From contig JBAZMD010000001.1 of NCBI GenBank assembly GCA_041649955.1, forward strand, positions 68,079 through 132,078: a DNA stretch of 64,000 bases. Direction: 5' to 3'. Of the stretch, positions 48,139 to 56,573 are shown piece by piece. Under the pieces are notes generated by a model. The model saw nothing but the letters and a program-made list of their open reading frames with translations. It was not told the origin of the DNA and searched no databases. The number at the start of each line of letters is the position of its first letter. Position 1 is the stretch's first letter. The DNA is from Patescibacteria group bacterium. Lineage in GTDB: Bacteria > Patescibacteriota > Patescibacteriia > UBA2591 > JAQUPP01. The position numbers were made by a program, and so were the translations under genes.

Positions 48139-48190
48139 GAGCGAGTCATCCCCAAAGGGGGCCCCTTGGGCTTGACTCGCTCTTTGCTAA
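48139..48190 (-). terminator. long hairpin AGAGCGAGTCA...TGACTCGCTCT with T-rich tail, terminator of the RRM gene
   Basis: Seen directly. Confidence 0.5.
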
Positions 48191-48210
48191 ACGAATTTAC
48201 GTTCTGTGGA

Positions 48211-48561
48211 CTAATTGTCCCGTCCGTATCCGCCTCTGCTTCCACCGCCGTATCCACCGCGGCTTCCGCCACCACCACCAAATCCTCTTCCACCACCGGT
48301 TCTTGGTCTTTCTTCTCTTGGTCTAGCTTCGCTGACCTTAAGATTGCGGCCGTCGATTGGTTGGTTGTTGAACATTTCAATGGCTTTTGCGGCTTCGTCT
48401 TCTGTGGACATTTCCACAAAACCGAATCCTTTGCTTCTACCGGAATATTTATCGGTAATAATACTCGCTGAGACAACTGTTCCGGCCTGGCCGAAAGTTT
48501 CTTTCAATTGATCGTCAGTGAGATTATATGATAAATTTCCGATGTAAAGTTTCTTTTCCAT
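48211..48561 (-). CDS. RNA-binding protein (RRM domain) with a Gly/Arg-rich tail
   Basis: 116 aa. RNP-2 LYIGNL and RNP-1 KGFGFVEM. Tail GGGRGFGGGGGSRGGYGG. Confidence 0.85.
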   Translation of the reverse strand: MEKKLYIGNLSYNLTDDQLKETFGQAGTVVSASIITDKYSGRSKGFGFVEMSTEDEAAKAIEMFNNQPIDGRNLKVSEARPREERPRTGGGRGFGGGGGSRGGYGGGSRGGYGRDN

Positions 48562-48761
48562 ATAACTCTAACATTTTATGCGCGGGTAAGTTTTAACACT
48601 TATAAGCGCAACTCTTTTAAATTAATTTTCCCTGAACTCGACCGCGCATCATATTTAGATGCGTAATATTAAATTATATTAACTACAGGGCTACTTTTCC
48701 AATATATACCTTTTTAGATAATTGTCAAAAAAAGTTATTAACAGCTTTTACATCATTTATT

Positions 48762-48798
48762 TGTACACTTATTTTTCACGGCCGTGTAAAATAAGTGT
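48762..48798. promoter_or_regulatory. near-perfect 34-37 bp palindrome ACACTTATTTT-TCACGGCCGTGT-AAAATAAGTGT, candidate operator
   Basis: Seen directly in the region upstream of the RRM gene. Confidence 0.4.
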
Positions 48799-48816
48799 AT
48801 ATTCCAAAAAATTCGA

Positions 48817-48845
48817 GAGAGTAGGTTTCGTCTACTCTCTAAATA
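48817..48845 (-). terminator. hairpin GAGAGTAG-GTTTCGT-CTACTCTC followed by a T-run on the minus strand
   Basis: Seen directly, after 48875-49225. Confidence 0.45.
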
Positions 48846-48874
48846 CAGAGATTTGATTTTAAAATTTAGTTTTT

Positions 48875-49225
48875 TTATTTATCTCTTTGTAAAAATATTT
48901 TTTCTAAATCAGCCACTGTTTTCTCTAAAAGGTCAAAATAATGATTCTTTTTTTTATTGTTAATTTCTTTTTCGCAAAAGGTGTCATATTTCCATAAAAG
49001 AAGATGAATTAGCTCGTGTAAAATAATAGTATTATCTTTACCTGTTTTTTCTTTGGTGATTAAAATAATTGCTGATTTATTTTTTAAATTAATCTTAATA
49101 TCACCTGATTGTACAAAATCAGTTCTTTTAAAGTCAACTAATTTAACTTTTAATTTCCACTGGCTTAATTCAAAAACTCTTTGCCAGTATTTTAAATATT
49201 GATTTATTTTTTCTAATCTATCCAT
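48875..49225 (-). CDS. small HExxH-motif protein (putative minimal zinc metallopeptidase-like)
   Basis: 116 aa with ILHELIHLL. Last gene of the efflux operon. Confidence 0.35.
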   Translation of the reverse strand: MDRLEKINQYLKYWQRVFELSQWKLKVKLVDFKRTDFVQSGDIKINLKNKSAIILITKEKTGKDNTIILHELIHLLLWKYDTFCEKEINNKKKNHYFDLLEKTVADLEKIFLQRDK

Positions 49226-49249
49226 ATTTTCAAAAACTAAATAAAGGAT

Positions 49250-50491
49250 TTACTCATAACGCAAAGCTTCAATCGGATTTTTCAAAGATGCTCGGCGAGC
49301 CGGATAAATTCCAAAAACTAAACCGACAAAAGCCGACACTCCCAAACCAAGTAAGGCGCCGGAAACAGGAAAAGCAAAAGTCCAATTCAAAGCCATTATT
49401 TTTGACAAAATCAATGAAATCAAAAACGAAAAACCCGCTCCCAAAAGAATGCCGATGATTCCGCCGATAATGGTCAGCATCATAGATTCTATTAAAAACT
49501 GGCTTAAAATATCCTGATTGGTCGCGCCCAAAGCTTTGCGCAAACCGATTTCGTGAGTTCTTTCCGTTACCGAAACCAACATTATATTCATAATTCCGAC
49601 CCCGCCGACAATCAGAGAAATAGCGGCCATGGCTGTCAAAAAAAGAGTCAAGGTATTCATTACTGTTCCAACCATTTCCATTACTTGAGCTTGGGTTTCA
49701 AGAAAAAAATCGTCTTTGTCCGGATCGGTAATATTGTGATTATTGCGCAAAGTTATTTTAATATCTTCTATCGTCCGATCAACATTTTTTTCTTCATCAA
49801 CTTCCACGACAAGACGATTATAATATTTAATGCCGAAAATATATTGCTGAGCGGTTGAATAAGGAACGATTAAAGCGTCGTCAAAACTGATAAAAGAAAA
49901 TTGTCCTTTTTTCGGAAGAACGCCGATAATGCGCAAATTCTGATTTTTAACTTTTATTTTTTGGCCCAAAACTTGTTCGTCAGTTTCAAATAATTTTTCT
50001 TTTATTTTTGAACCGATAATCACTACGGCTGATTTGGAAGCGATTTCTTCGTCAGTAAAAAGGCGCCCTTCTTCCGGATAAATATCATAAATTTGAGCGA
50101 AAAAATTATTAACGCCGAAAATCGTAGTTTGATGAATTTTATTTTCCCGAGTGGCCGATTCCGAACCGAAAACTATGGGCATAATTTTGGCCAGATGCGG
50201 CACGTTTGATTTTTTTTGCAAATCTTCCACATCTTTATTTTTTAACGAGTCGGTAAAAGTGTTAAGCGAATCAGTCATACCGCTGGGCTGGCGGCCCGGA
50301 GCAATGGCAATCGTTTTGGAACCCATGCTTTGAATCTGCCCTAAAATTAAATTTTGCGCCCCTCTCCCCAAAGACATGACCAAAATAATAGCCGTAATGC
50401 CGATGACAATACCTAAAATAGTCAAGAATGATCTTGATTTATTTGTTTTCAATCCGGTTAAAGATGTTTTGATGCTGTATTTTATGTTCAT
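49250..50491 (-). CDS. ABC transporter permease, MacB/FtsX family
   Basis: 413 aa. N-terminal transmembrane segment, large extracytoplasmic domain and C-terminal FtsX-like four-transmembrane bundle. Confidence 0.8.
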   Translation of the reverse strand: MNIKYSIKTSLTGLKTNKSRSFLTILGIVIGITAIILVMSLGRGAQNLILGQIQSMGSKTIAIAPGRQPSGMTDSLNTFTDSLKNKDVEDLQKKSNVPHLAKIMPIVFGSESATRENKIHQTTIFGVNNFFAQIYDIYPEEGRLFTDEEIASKSAVVIIGSKIKEKLFETDEQVLGQKIKVKNQNLRIIGVLPKKGQFSFISFDDALIVPYSTAQQYIFGIKYYNRLVVEVDEEKNVDRTIEDIKITLRNNHNITDPDKDDFFLETQAQVMEMVGTVMNTLTLFLTAMAAISLIVGGVGIMNIMLVSVTERTHEIGLRKALGATNQDILSQFLIESMMLTIIGGIIGILLGAGFSFLISLILSKIMALNWTFAFPVSGALLGLGVSAFVGLVFGIYPARRASLKNPIEALRYE

Positions 50492-50494
50492 GAT

Positions 50495-51214
50495 TTATTT
50501 GCTAAACGAATCCGTAGCTCGACGAGGAGCGCTAACCATTTTATCACTGTCAATTTGCCCATCCAACATATGAATAATTCTCTGAGCGTGTTCGGCCGTT
50601 TGAGTTTCATGGGTGATTAAAATAATTGTCTTGCCTTCTTTCTCATTTAATCGCTGAATGATTTCCATAATAATTTGTCCTGATTTTGAATCAAGATTGC
50701 CGGTCGGTTCATCGGCAAAAATAACTTGCGGATTATTAATCAAAGCTCTGGCAATGGCCACTCTTTGTTTTTCTCCGCCGGAAAGCTGCGAAGGCAAATG
50801 ATTGATTCTATGTGAAAGCCCGACTGACTCAATCGCCTTTTTCGCCATTTCATTCCAAAGCGATTCTTTAACATCGGAATAAAGAAGGGGTAATTTTACA
50901 TTTTCCAAAACAGTAGTTCGGCTGAGCAAATTGAAAGTCTGAAAAATAAATCCCATTTTTTTATTTCTGACCATGGCTATTTCTTTTTGCGAATAATCGC
51001 TGAATGGTTTTCCGTCAAAATAATATTCGCCGCCGGTCGGTTCATCTAAAAATCCCAAAATATGAAGCAAGGTTGATTTCCCCGAACCCGATGGTCCCAT
51101 TATCGCCACAAATTGACCCTCTTCTATTTTAAAAGAAGTATCAATCAAGGCCGGCGTTTCCACGCTGTCCGTATGATAAATTTTTTCCAAATTTTTAACT
51201 TCAATTAAAGACAT
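50495..51214 (-). CDS. ABC transporter ATP-binding protein (MacB/LolD-like)
   Basis: Walker [10 protein letters not shown], signature LSGGEKQR and Walker B IIFADEPT. Confidence 0.85.
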   Translation of the reverse strand: MSLIEVKNLEKIYHTDSVETPALIDTSFKIEEGQFVAIMGPSGSGKSTLLHILGFLDEPTGGEYYFDGKPFSDYSQKEIAMVRNKKMGFIFQTFNLLSRTTVLENVKLPLLYSDVKESLWNEMAKKAIESVGLSHRINHLPSQLSGGEKQRVAIARALINNPQVIFADEPTGNLDSKSGQIIMEIIQRLNEKEGKTIILITHETQTAEHAQRIIHMLDGQIDSDKMVSAPRRATDSFSK

Positions 51215-51348
51215 ATTAAAATTTCTAATTTTTAATTTCTAATTGACCTAAATAAATCCCAATGACCAATCAATTCTCAATTTCTAATTTGGGATTTGGA
51301 GCTTGGGTCATTATTTAGAAATTAGGTTAATTAGGTCAATTTATGTTA

Positions 51349-52983
51349 TTACTTCTGCGAAGTAATAACCTTGTCTCCTTCATTAAGTCCTTTAATAATT
51401 TCTATTTCTCCTTCCGAACCGCGCATTCCGGTTTCCACTTCAATTTCTTTAAATCCATCACCATCAACAATCTTTACTATTTTTTTGCCGTCTTTATCAA
51501 TAATCGCTCTTTGCGGAACGGCAATAACATTTTCATGTTGAGCGGCAATAATATCAATATTGGCTGTCATTCCGGACTTAACTCTTTCATCTTCATTTTT
51601 AAATTGAAAATTTGTTTTGTAAGTTGAAACTCCCTCAACCATTGTTTCAGCCGGATCAATTTTTACCAATTCGGCCTGCCAAACAACGCTTGCGCCATAA
51701 GCGTCAAGAGTCACATTAGCCAGATTGCCGATTTTAACTTTGGCAATATCCGCCTCGGGAATATTTGTTTCAATTTCAAAATTTTTATCGCTCATTATTC
51801 CAACCATCACGGTATTGGCCATAACAAATTCTCCTACTTTGGCTTCTTGTTTAGTGATCACGCCTGCAATCGGCGAACGCAAAATTAGTTTTTCCATTTG
51901 AACTCTGGTATTTTCCACGCTTGCTTCAGCTTGATTAATTTTTGCTTGCTGCGAAACAACATTGGCCTCGGCTTGTTTTACTTGAAATTTTTGAGAATCA
52001 ATTTGTTCTTTAATTGTTCCCGCCTTGCTTAAAATAAGCTCTTGCTCCGCCAAATTAAGACTTGACTGAGCGGTTTTAAGTCCTTCTTCCGCGGCGCTTA
52101 AATTAACGACTGCCGTATTCATATTTGTTCTGGCGATTGAAGTATTTGATTTATAAGTATCAATTGTCGTTTGTGAAATTCCTGAAATCGCCGGCGTTAA
52201 ACCGTTAACCACATTGGCGATTTGTTCTAGAAAAGAATTGATTTGATCTAAGTTTTTTTCAGCCTGAGATGAATAAATATCAAAATCGCTTGAAGCGGAA
52301 ATTTTATTTAAAGAATCATTCCAATCAATCAGCATATTTTCAATTAACATCCTGTCTTGTTCAAGTTTTATTTCTAAACTGAAATTATTCAATGAAAAAT
52401 TAAATTGCGGATCTGAGGTAGTCGGATCATCAAACATTTGGTCAATTTTATTTTTAATTGAATCATCTGATTTTGTGTAAGCATCTTTTAATTTATCAAT
52501 CAAATCGTTTTTGGCGTTTGCCAAAGATATTTTGGCATTTGCCACTTTGATTTCTTGAACCTGAATTTCTTCTATTCTTGTGCCGCTTTCCATTTCAGTC
52601 AATTTTGATTTTTGCGAGTCAAGCGCGGCTTGATATTGACTAAGCTGGGCTTGGGCACTTTCCAAATTGGCTTGGTTTTGATGAAGTTCGGTTAAAACTT
52701 CCGTACTATCAAGTTTAACCAATACTTTTCCTTTTTCTATTTTATCGCCGATTTTTACGTTAATTTCAATTACTTTGCCGTTTTTTTCAAAAGCCAGATC
52801 AACTGTTTCCACGGGCTTAATATGACCGGTAACACTGACTTCTTGAATAATATTTTGCTTGCTCAGTGTTATGGATTCAAATTGCTGTTTCTGCGGCCGG
52901 CGCGAAATAATAAAACCGCCGATCGCCAAAATAATAATGACTATTAAAATGATTAATTTTTTGTTTAATTTGGGTAAATGCAT
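51349..52983 (-). CDS. HlyD-family membrane fusion / periplasmic adaptor protein
   Basis: 544 aa. N-terminal transmembrane segment, long coiled coil, and a beta-barrel/lipoyl-like C-terminus. Confidence 0.75.
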   Translation of the reverse strand: MHLPKLNKKLIILIVIIILAIGGFIISRRPQKQQFESITLSKQNIIQEVSVTGHIKPVETVDLAFEKNGKVIEINVKIGDKIEKGKVLVKLDSTEVLTELHQNQANLESAQAQLSQYQAALDSQKSKLTEMESGTRIEEIQVQEIKVANAKISLANAKNDLIDKLKDAYTKSDDSIKNKIDQMFDDPTTSDPQFNFSLNNFSLEIKLEQDRMLIENMLIDWNDSLNKISASSDFDIYSSQAEKNLDQINSFLEQIANVVNGLTPAISGISQTTIDTYKSNTSIARTNMNTAVVNLSAAEEGLKTAQSSLNLAEQELILSKAGTIKEQIDSQKFQVKQAEANVVSQQAKINQAEASVENTRVQMEKLILRSPIAGVITKQEAKVGEFVMANTVMVGIMSDKNFEIETNIPEADIAKVKIGNLANVTLDAYGASVVWQAELVKIDPAETMVEGVSTYKTNFQFKNEDERVKSGMTANIDIIAAQHENVIAVPQRAIIDKDGKKIVKIVDGDGFKEIEVETGMRGSEGEIEIIKGLNEGDKVITSQK

Positions 52984-53001
52984 ATTTTATTTATTTGTTA
53001 A

Positions 53002-53238
53002 TTATTTAATTAATTCTGTTAATTTATCAAGTTTTTTATGAAACACGGAAACAATCTTGCCGAATTGATTGCTCGGAATAAGAATTATTGTTTCTGCCGG
53101 AGTCAAAAAAGCCACCAGCTTATCGCCGCTTTTTATTTTCAATTTTTTGCGGATTTCGGCCGGAACTACAATCTGTCCCCGTTCGCCGACTGTGGCGGTA
53201 TCAAAACAAATTATGCTTTCAAAAAAATCTTTTTTCAT
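53002..53238 (-). CDS. AbrB/MazE/SpoVT-type DNA-binding protein
   Basis: 78 aa. GQIVVPAEIRKKLKIKSGDKL matches the swapped-hairpin barrel motif. Confidence 0.7.
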   Translation of the reverse strand: MKKDFFESIICFDTATVGERGQIVVPAEIRKKLKIKSGDKLVAFLTPAETIILIPSNQFGKIVSVFHKKLDKLTELIK

Positions 53239-53259
53239 AAATTTTTATATTAAATAATA

Positions 53260-53700
53260 TGATTTATATGATACTTCATACAAATCATATTATAGCTAAT
53301 CTAAAATCTTCGTCAACCCCCACACCAAACTTAGCGCTTGATTTACATATTATAAAAGTCGTAAGACGGAAGCCGCTTCGCTCTTATCTCTTCATATTAA
53401 AAAAGCCTTACGTTGAGTTGTGGTGTGGGGGTCAACCCCTCTGTGGACAAATTACAAATAACTCTAACAAAATAAATAGGGGTGAGAGAACTTGTCTCAC
53501 ACCCCCCTGGAGGATAACAGTGTATAAAGCTGTTATATCGATATTAGTGTTTTAAGGCGGTATTCCCCTATAATGGGACATGAGGACCTCCTATTTTTAG
53601 CAATTTAGGTAGCGCTCAAATTTGATCCCTTTCAGGATCTGGCTAGCGCTAAGCCATTGCTTTCATAAAAACCACCTCCTTTATATTATGATATAAACGA
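53260..53700 (-). promoter_or_regulatory. ~440-bp non-coding structured leader region upstream of the AbrB-HlyD-ABC operon
   Basis: Promoter-like TTGACA-16-TATACT at about 53700-53730 and TTGACG-17-ATAATA at about 53295-53325. Tiny SD-preceded ORFs MKAMA* and MSHYRGIPP*. Long inverted repeat CCCCCACACCA...TGGTGTGGGGG and hairpin GGGGTGAGAGA...TCTCACACCCC. Confidence 0.3.
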
Positions 53701-53733
53701 GTATATCACATTTTAAAATTTTGTCAACTCTTT

Positions 53734-54231
53734 TTATTTAATTTTATCCACATTTCCATTGAGAATAATCGGTTTCATCGCTTCTATTTCATCCGTATAA
53801 TTCATTTTGGGAATCTGGTTTAATAAAAATATCTTTTTATTCAAGATATGCGCAAAAGCCATTTCTATCAAACTATTGCCGCCGATATAATTTTTAATAC
53901 CTTGCTTGTCTTTATTAATAACCAGTATCGCGTCGCACTTTTTTATTTCTTCAAAATATTCTTTAAAAACATCACCTTCAATTTTTGACCATTTATCTTC
54001 ATGATTAACTTCACCCTCGGCGTATTTTAAAATATCCTTTGGTGCAATCGCAATTAATCCTTTTGCTTCAAGGATTTTTTGAGTTTCCAATATTTCTTTT
54101 GAAAAGGCAATACTGCCGCAAATCGCAATTTTCATATTTTTAGTATAATATTTTTTAAAATTATGTCCACCCCACCACCAAGAAATTATACTTCGCGTTA
54201 AAAAAATATAATTTCTAGGTGGCGGGGTCAA
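53734..54231 (-). CDS. hypothetical protein, possibly nucleoside 2-deoxyribosyltransferase-like fold
   Basis: The ORF-track start is a TTG codon. The likely real start is the ATG at 54135 (MKIAICGSIAFSKE...). The CDAILVINKDKQGIKNYIGGNSLIEMAFA pattern supports the fold assignment. Confidence 0.35.
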   Translation of the reverse strand: MTPPPRNYIFLTRSIISWWWGGHNFKKYYTKNMKIAICGSIAFSKEILETQKILEAKGLIAIAPKDILKYAEGEVNHEDKWSKIEGDVFKEYFEEIKKCDAILVINKDKQGIKNYIGGNSLIEMAFAHILNKKIFLLNQIPKMNYTDEIEAMKPIILNGNVDKIK

Positions 54232-54244
54232 TAAAAAAAATTGG

Positions 54245-54276
54245 GTGCAGACTAGTCAAACTAGTTCTGCACCCTG
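54245..54276 (-). terminator. hairpin GGGTGCAGACTAG-TCAAA-CTAGTTCTGCACCC followed by T8 on the minus strand
   Basis: Seen directly. Confidence 0.5.
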
Positions 54277-54281
54277 ATATG

Positions 54282-54695
54282 TTATATACTCGCTATTTGG
54301 ATATTTAGCTCTTCCTGTTGTCTTCTTAGTGTGTCTCTAGCTTGAAAAACTAGAGAATTCTTATCTTCAATTCTAACCTTATTCAAAGATAAAGTTGAAG
54401 AGTTCTCAACAGAATTGACCGGTTTTACTATATTCACCTTTAGAATATTGAATTCGATTTTTCCAATCTCTTTTTTTACCGGTTTTACTAAAACCTGCGA
54501 AACTAATTCAACGGGCTGAGCAACGGTAGATAAATCATTATTACTTATCTCTATACTCATCGGCAATACTTCTGGCATTGTTGTTACCTTGCTTACAACC
54601 GGTGTAAATTTGTTTTCCAAATTTGTAGTAGAAGCATAAGCTCCTATGGCAGTAAACACAACAACAACTAACAGAATTTTTTGAAATTTATTCAT
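54282..54695 (-). CDS. secreted or membrane-anchored hypothetical protein (137 aa)
   Basis: N-terminal signal/anchor MNKFQKILLVVVVFTAIGAYA. SD GGGAGG. Confidence 0.45.
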   Translation of the reverse strand: MNKFQKILLVVVVFTAIGAYASTTNLENKFTPVVSKVTTMPEVLPMSIEISNNDLSTVAQPVELVSQVLVKPVKKEIGKIEFNILKVNIVKPVNSVENSSTLSLNKVRIEDKNSLVFQARDTLRRQQEELNIQIASI

Positions 54696-54784
54696 TTAAG
54701 ACCTCCCGTCTTATTAGTTTTGCGAATCCTTTCTTTTTAGCCCGGATTCGCTTCGGCTATTTACAAAGAACTATTGTGTTATAT

Positions 54785-54812
54785 ATAATAGCATATTTTT
54801 GAATTTTGTCAA
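54785..54812 (-). promoter_or_regulatory. conserved extended promoter (GGGGGTTGACAAAATTCAAAAATATGCTATTAT)
   Basis: Seen directly. Confidence 0.55.
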
Positions 54813-54962
54813 CCCCCTCACATGTGGAAAACCATAAAGGGCATACTGTCTTTCGTTTTTTTATATATACACTGATTTTATCTTATCTATATGCTTATTT
54901 TTAACTTTATGCCTATTAAACTGTAATTTCCAAGAAAGACAATGGTTTTCCTTGTGAGGGGG
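54813..54962. repeat. long-loop inverted repeat IR-2 (CCCCCTCACATGTGGAAAACCAT / ATGGTTTTCCTTGTGAGGGGG, ~105-nt loop)
   Basis: Arms nearly perfect. Termini resemble IR-1. Confidence 0.45.
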
Positions 54963-54990
54963 CCAAGAGCAAATTTGGGGATAAATAAAA

Positions 54991-55010
54991 GGGGCGATTT
55001 CTCGCCCCCC
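54991..55010 (-). terminator. hairpin GGGGCGA-TTTC-TCGCCCC
   Basis: Seen directly. A T-rich tract follows on the minus strand. Confidence 0.5.
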
Positions 55011-55029
55011 GTTTAAATACTTACTATTC

Positions 55030-55473
55030 CTATTCTTTTAGCTTCTTCATCCATGCCTTTAAACATTCTTCTACTTTTGGAAAGTCCTGAAACGTTGTGT
55101 TATCAGGACAGGAGATAATAATGACCATACTCTTACGTTCTATGACCGGATGCACCAGAACGCACATATCTTCCATGTCAAAGATGTTAAATTGATCATT
55201 ATCAATATCCCCAACATTTACATATGAAGCTGTCTTCCTGTGCTGCTTATACTGAAAAGTAAGAATAATGCCGGTATCTCGCGCAACTTTAGGATTTAAA
55301 ACTTCATAATCCATTATCTCTTCAATTTTCTCGGCTCCATAGAACATCAACTTGCCCACTTTTATTTTCCGCTGCTCTAATAAAATATATTTAAGCGCGG
55401 GAATATTATTCAGCTCCTCATCTATCTTTTCCGAATCTACTAATACATTATTCACTGCTGTTGTTGCGCCCAT
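55030..55473 (-). CDS. hypothetical protein (147 aa)
   Basis: Strong SD AAAGGGGGGGG. Own promoter and terminator. Confidence 0.45.
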   Translation of the reverse strand: MGATTAVNNVLVDSEKIDEELNNIPALKYILLEQRKIKVGKLMFYGAEKIEEIMDYEVLNPKVARDTGIILTFQYKQHRKTASYVNVGDIDNDQFNIFDMEDMCVLVHPVIERKSMVIIISCPDNTTFQDFPKVEECLKAWMKKLKE

Positions 55474-55527
55474 TATTGCCCCCCCCTTTTTTTTCTATTC
55501 AACGAACTTTAATTTTTATATGTTTTA

Positions 55528-55555
55528 ATTATAGCATATTTTTGATTTTTGTCAA
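55528..55555 (-). promoter_or_regulatory. conserved promoter TTGACA-16-TATAAT (TTGACAAAAATCAAAAATATGCTATAAT)
   Basis: Seen directly. Confidence 0.55.
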
Positions 55556-55585
55556 TAGATTGAAAAAAGGCGCTTAATTATTTAA

Positions 55586-55795
55586 TTAATACGCCTTCTT
55601 ATTCATACAGGCCTCCAAGATTTCTCTGAATGTCCTTTTATCCGATTTATCCGCATTGGGACAATGAGAAATTGGTTCTATTGGTAAAATTCCTAATCCC
55701 CTTAAAGTTTTCCTAACCTCATCCGCTTTAATCGCAGAATTGGGATTAGTAGGAATCTGCCAATAACCTGGATGGTTATTATCAAAAATGTCCAT
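55586..55795 (-). CDS. hypothetical small protein (69 aa)
   Basis: ORF with SD AGGAGG. Confidence 0.35.
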   Translation of the reverse strand: MDIFDNNHPGYWQIPTNPNSAIKADEVRKTLRGLGILPIEPISHCPNADKSDKRTFREILEACMNKKAY

Positions 55796-55897
55796 TTTTC
55801 CTCCTTTATATTAATAGCATAGCATAAAATTGAGAAATGTCAAGATAGTTAAATTTAACTGTAATTTTCAGAAAAATAATAATCCCCATATGGGGAC

Positions 55898-55926
55898 TTG
55901 ACAAAAATCGGAAAATATGATATTTT
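55898..55926 (+). promoter_or_regulatory. conserved promoter family on the plus strand (CCCCATATGGGGACTTGACAAAAATCGGAAAATATGATATTTT)
   Basis: Same extended consensus in opposite orientation. Confidence 0.55.
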
Positions 55927-55990
55927 AAATGTATATAAATCAGTTATTTGAAAACCAAAAAAAAGTAAGAAGTAAAGAAAGAAGGAGGAG

Positions 55991-56473
55991 GTGAACATGT
56001 TTAATTTATTGGTGGCAGCAATGCTTATAGCCGCTCCCAAGACATATACAGTTCAAGGGGGTCCGGGACTTAGTTGCGACGGTTTCATATTTAGGGGTTC
56101 GGTAGACTACGGAAAGGTTGGTCTACAAATTTCGGAGTCCATATATTACAACATCGAGAAGAGTTACAACTTTCTTCACAGAGCAGAGTTCAGAACACTG
56201 CTTACCGGGACTGATTGTGACTATTTCTTTGTAGGGGGAGCTATCAATGAAACCAAAGGAAAGATTCCTACTACTGGTGTGGGAATAAGTGCCGGAGTGG
56301 GAGGTAGATTCACTTCTTGGTTCATTATAGAAGTGGGTCTTATCTGGGAAGTGTTCGGGGAATTCGGCGGAACATACAAATATGTATGTGACCGCAATTC
56401 ATTTGATAACTCATCCAGTAATAAATCAAAGTACGGTTGCATTTTCAATGTAACTGTTCCTCTGATAAGGTGA
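55991..56473 (+). CDS. secreted beta-rich protein of unknown function, compositionally atypical (GC-richer)
   Basis: 160 aa. Very strong SD GAAGGAGGAGGTG. Signal peptide MNMFNLLVAAMLIAAP. Codon usage visibly differs from neighbouring genes. Confidence 0.5.
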   Translation: MNMFNLLVAAMLIAAPKTYTVQGGPGLSCDGFIFRGSVDYGKVGLQISESIYYNIEKSYNFLHRAEFRTLLTGTDCDYFFVGGAINETKGKIPTTGVGISAGVGGRFTSWFIIEVGLIWEVFGEFGGTYKYVCDRNSFDNSSSNKSKYGCIFNVTVPLIR

Positions 56474-56480
56474 GAATTTT

Positions 56481-56530
56481 AGGGCCTTAGTCTATACACA
56501 TAATAGTATAGATTGAGGCCCGTTTTTTTA
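56481..56530 (+). terminator. hairpin GGGCCTTAGTCTATAC...GTATAGATTGAGGCCC followed by GTTTTTTT
   Basis: Seen directly. Confidence 0.55.
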
Positions 56531-56573
56531 TCTAAAAAGCGTAATGGGCGACAGATTTTCTGTCGCCCATTGA

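Noticed and set aside
48126-48511. Three alternative-frame ORFs overlapping the RRM protein gene
   Set aside because: The Gly/Arg-rich GC-rich tail of the RRM gene leaves other frames open. The RRM frame has the RNP-1 and RNP-2 motifs and an SD.
53259-53555. 98-aa plus-strand ORF in the structured leader region
   Set aside because: No RBS. Odd composition. The region is better explained as non-coding with inverted repeats.
53260-53700. tmRNA, RNase P RNA or SRP RNA
   Set aside because: I searched by eye for a tRNA-like acceptor/T-arm with an ALAA-type tag, for the RNase P P4 motif AGGAAAGUCCGG and for the SRP domain-IV motif. None was found here or in the 18644-18815 spacer. Without a covariance-model search this remains unresolved.
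55801-55850. Conserved promoter upstream of 55586-55795
   Set aside because: A TGTCAA is present (55838-55843) but the -10 spacing is poor, with 21 nt to TATTAA. It is not reported as a confident promoter.
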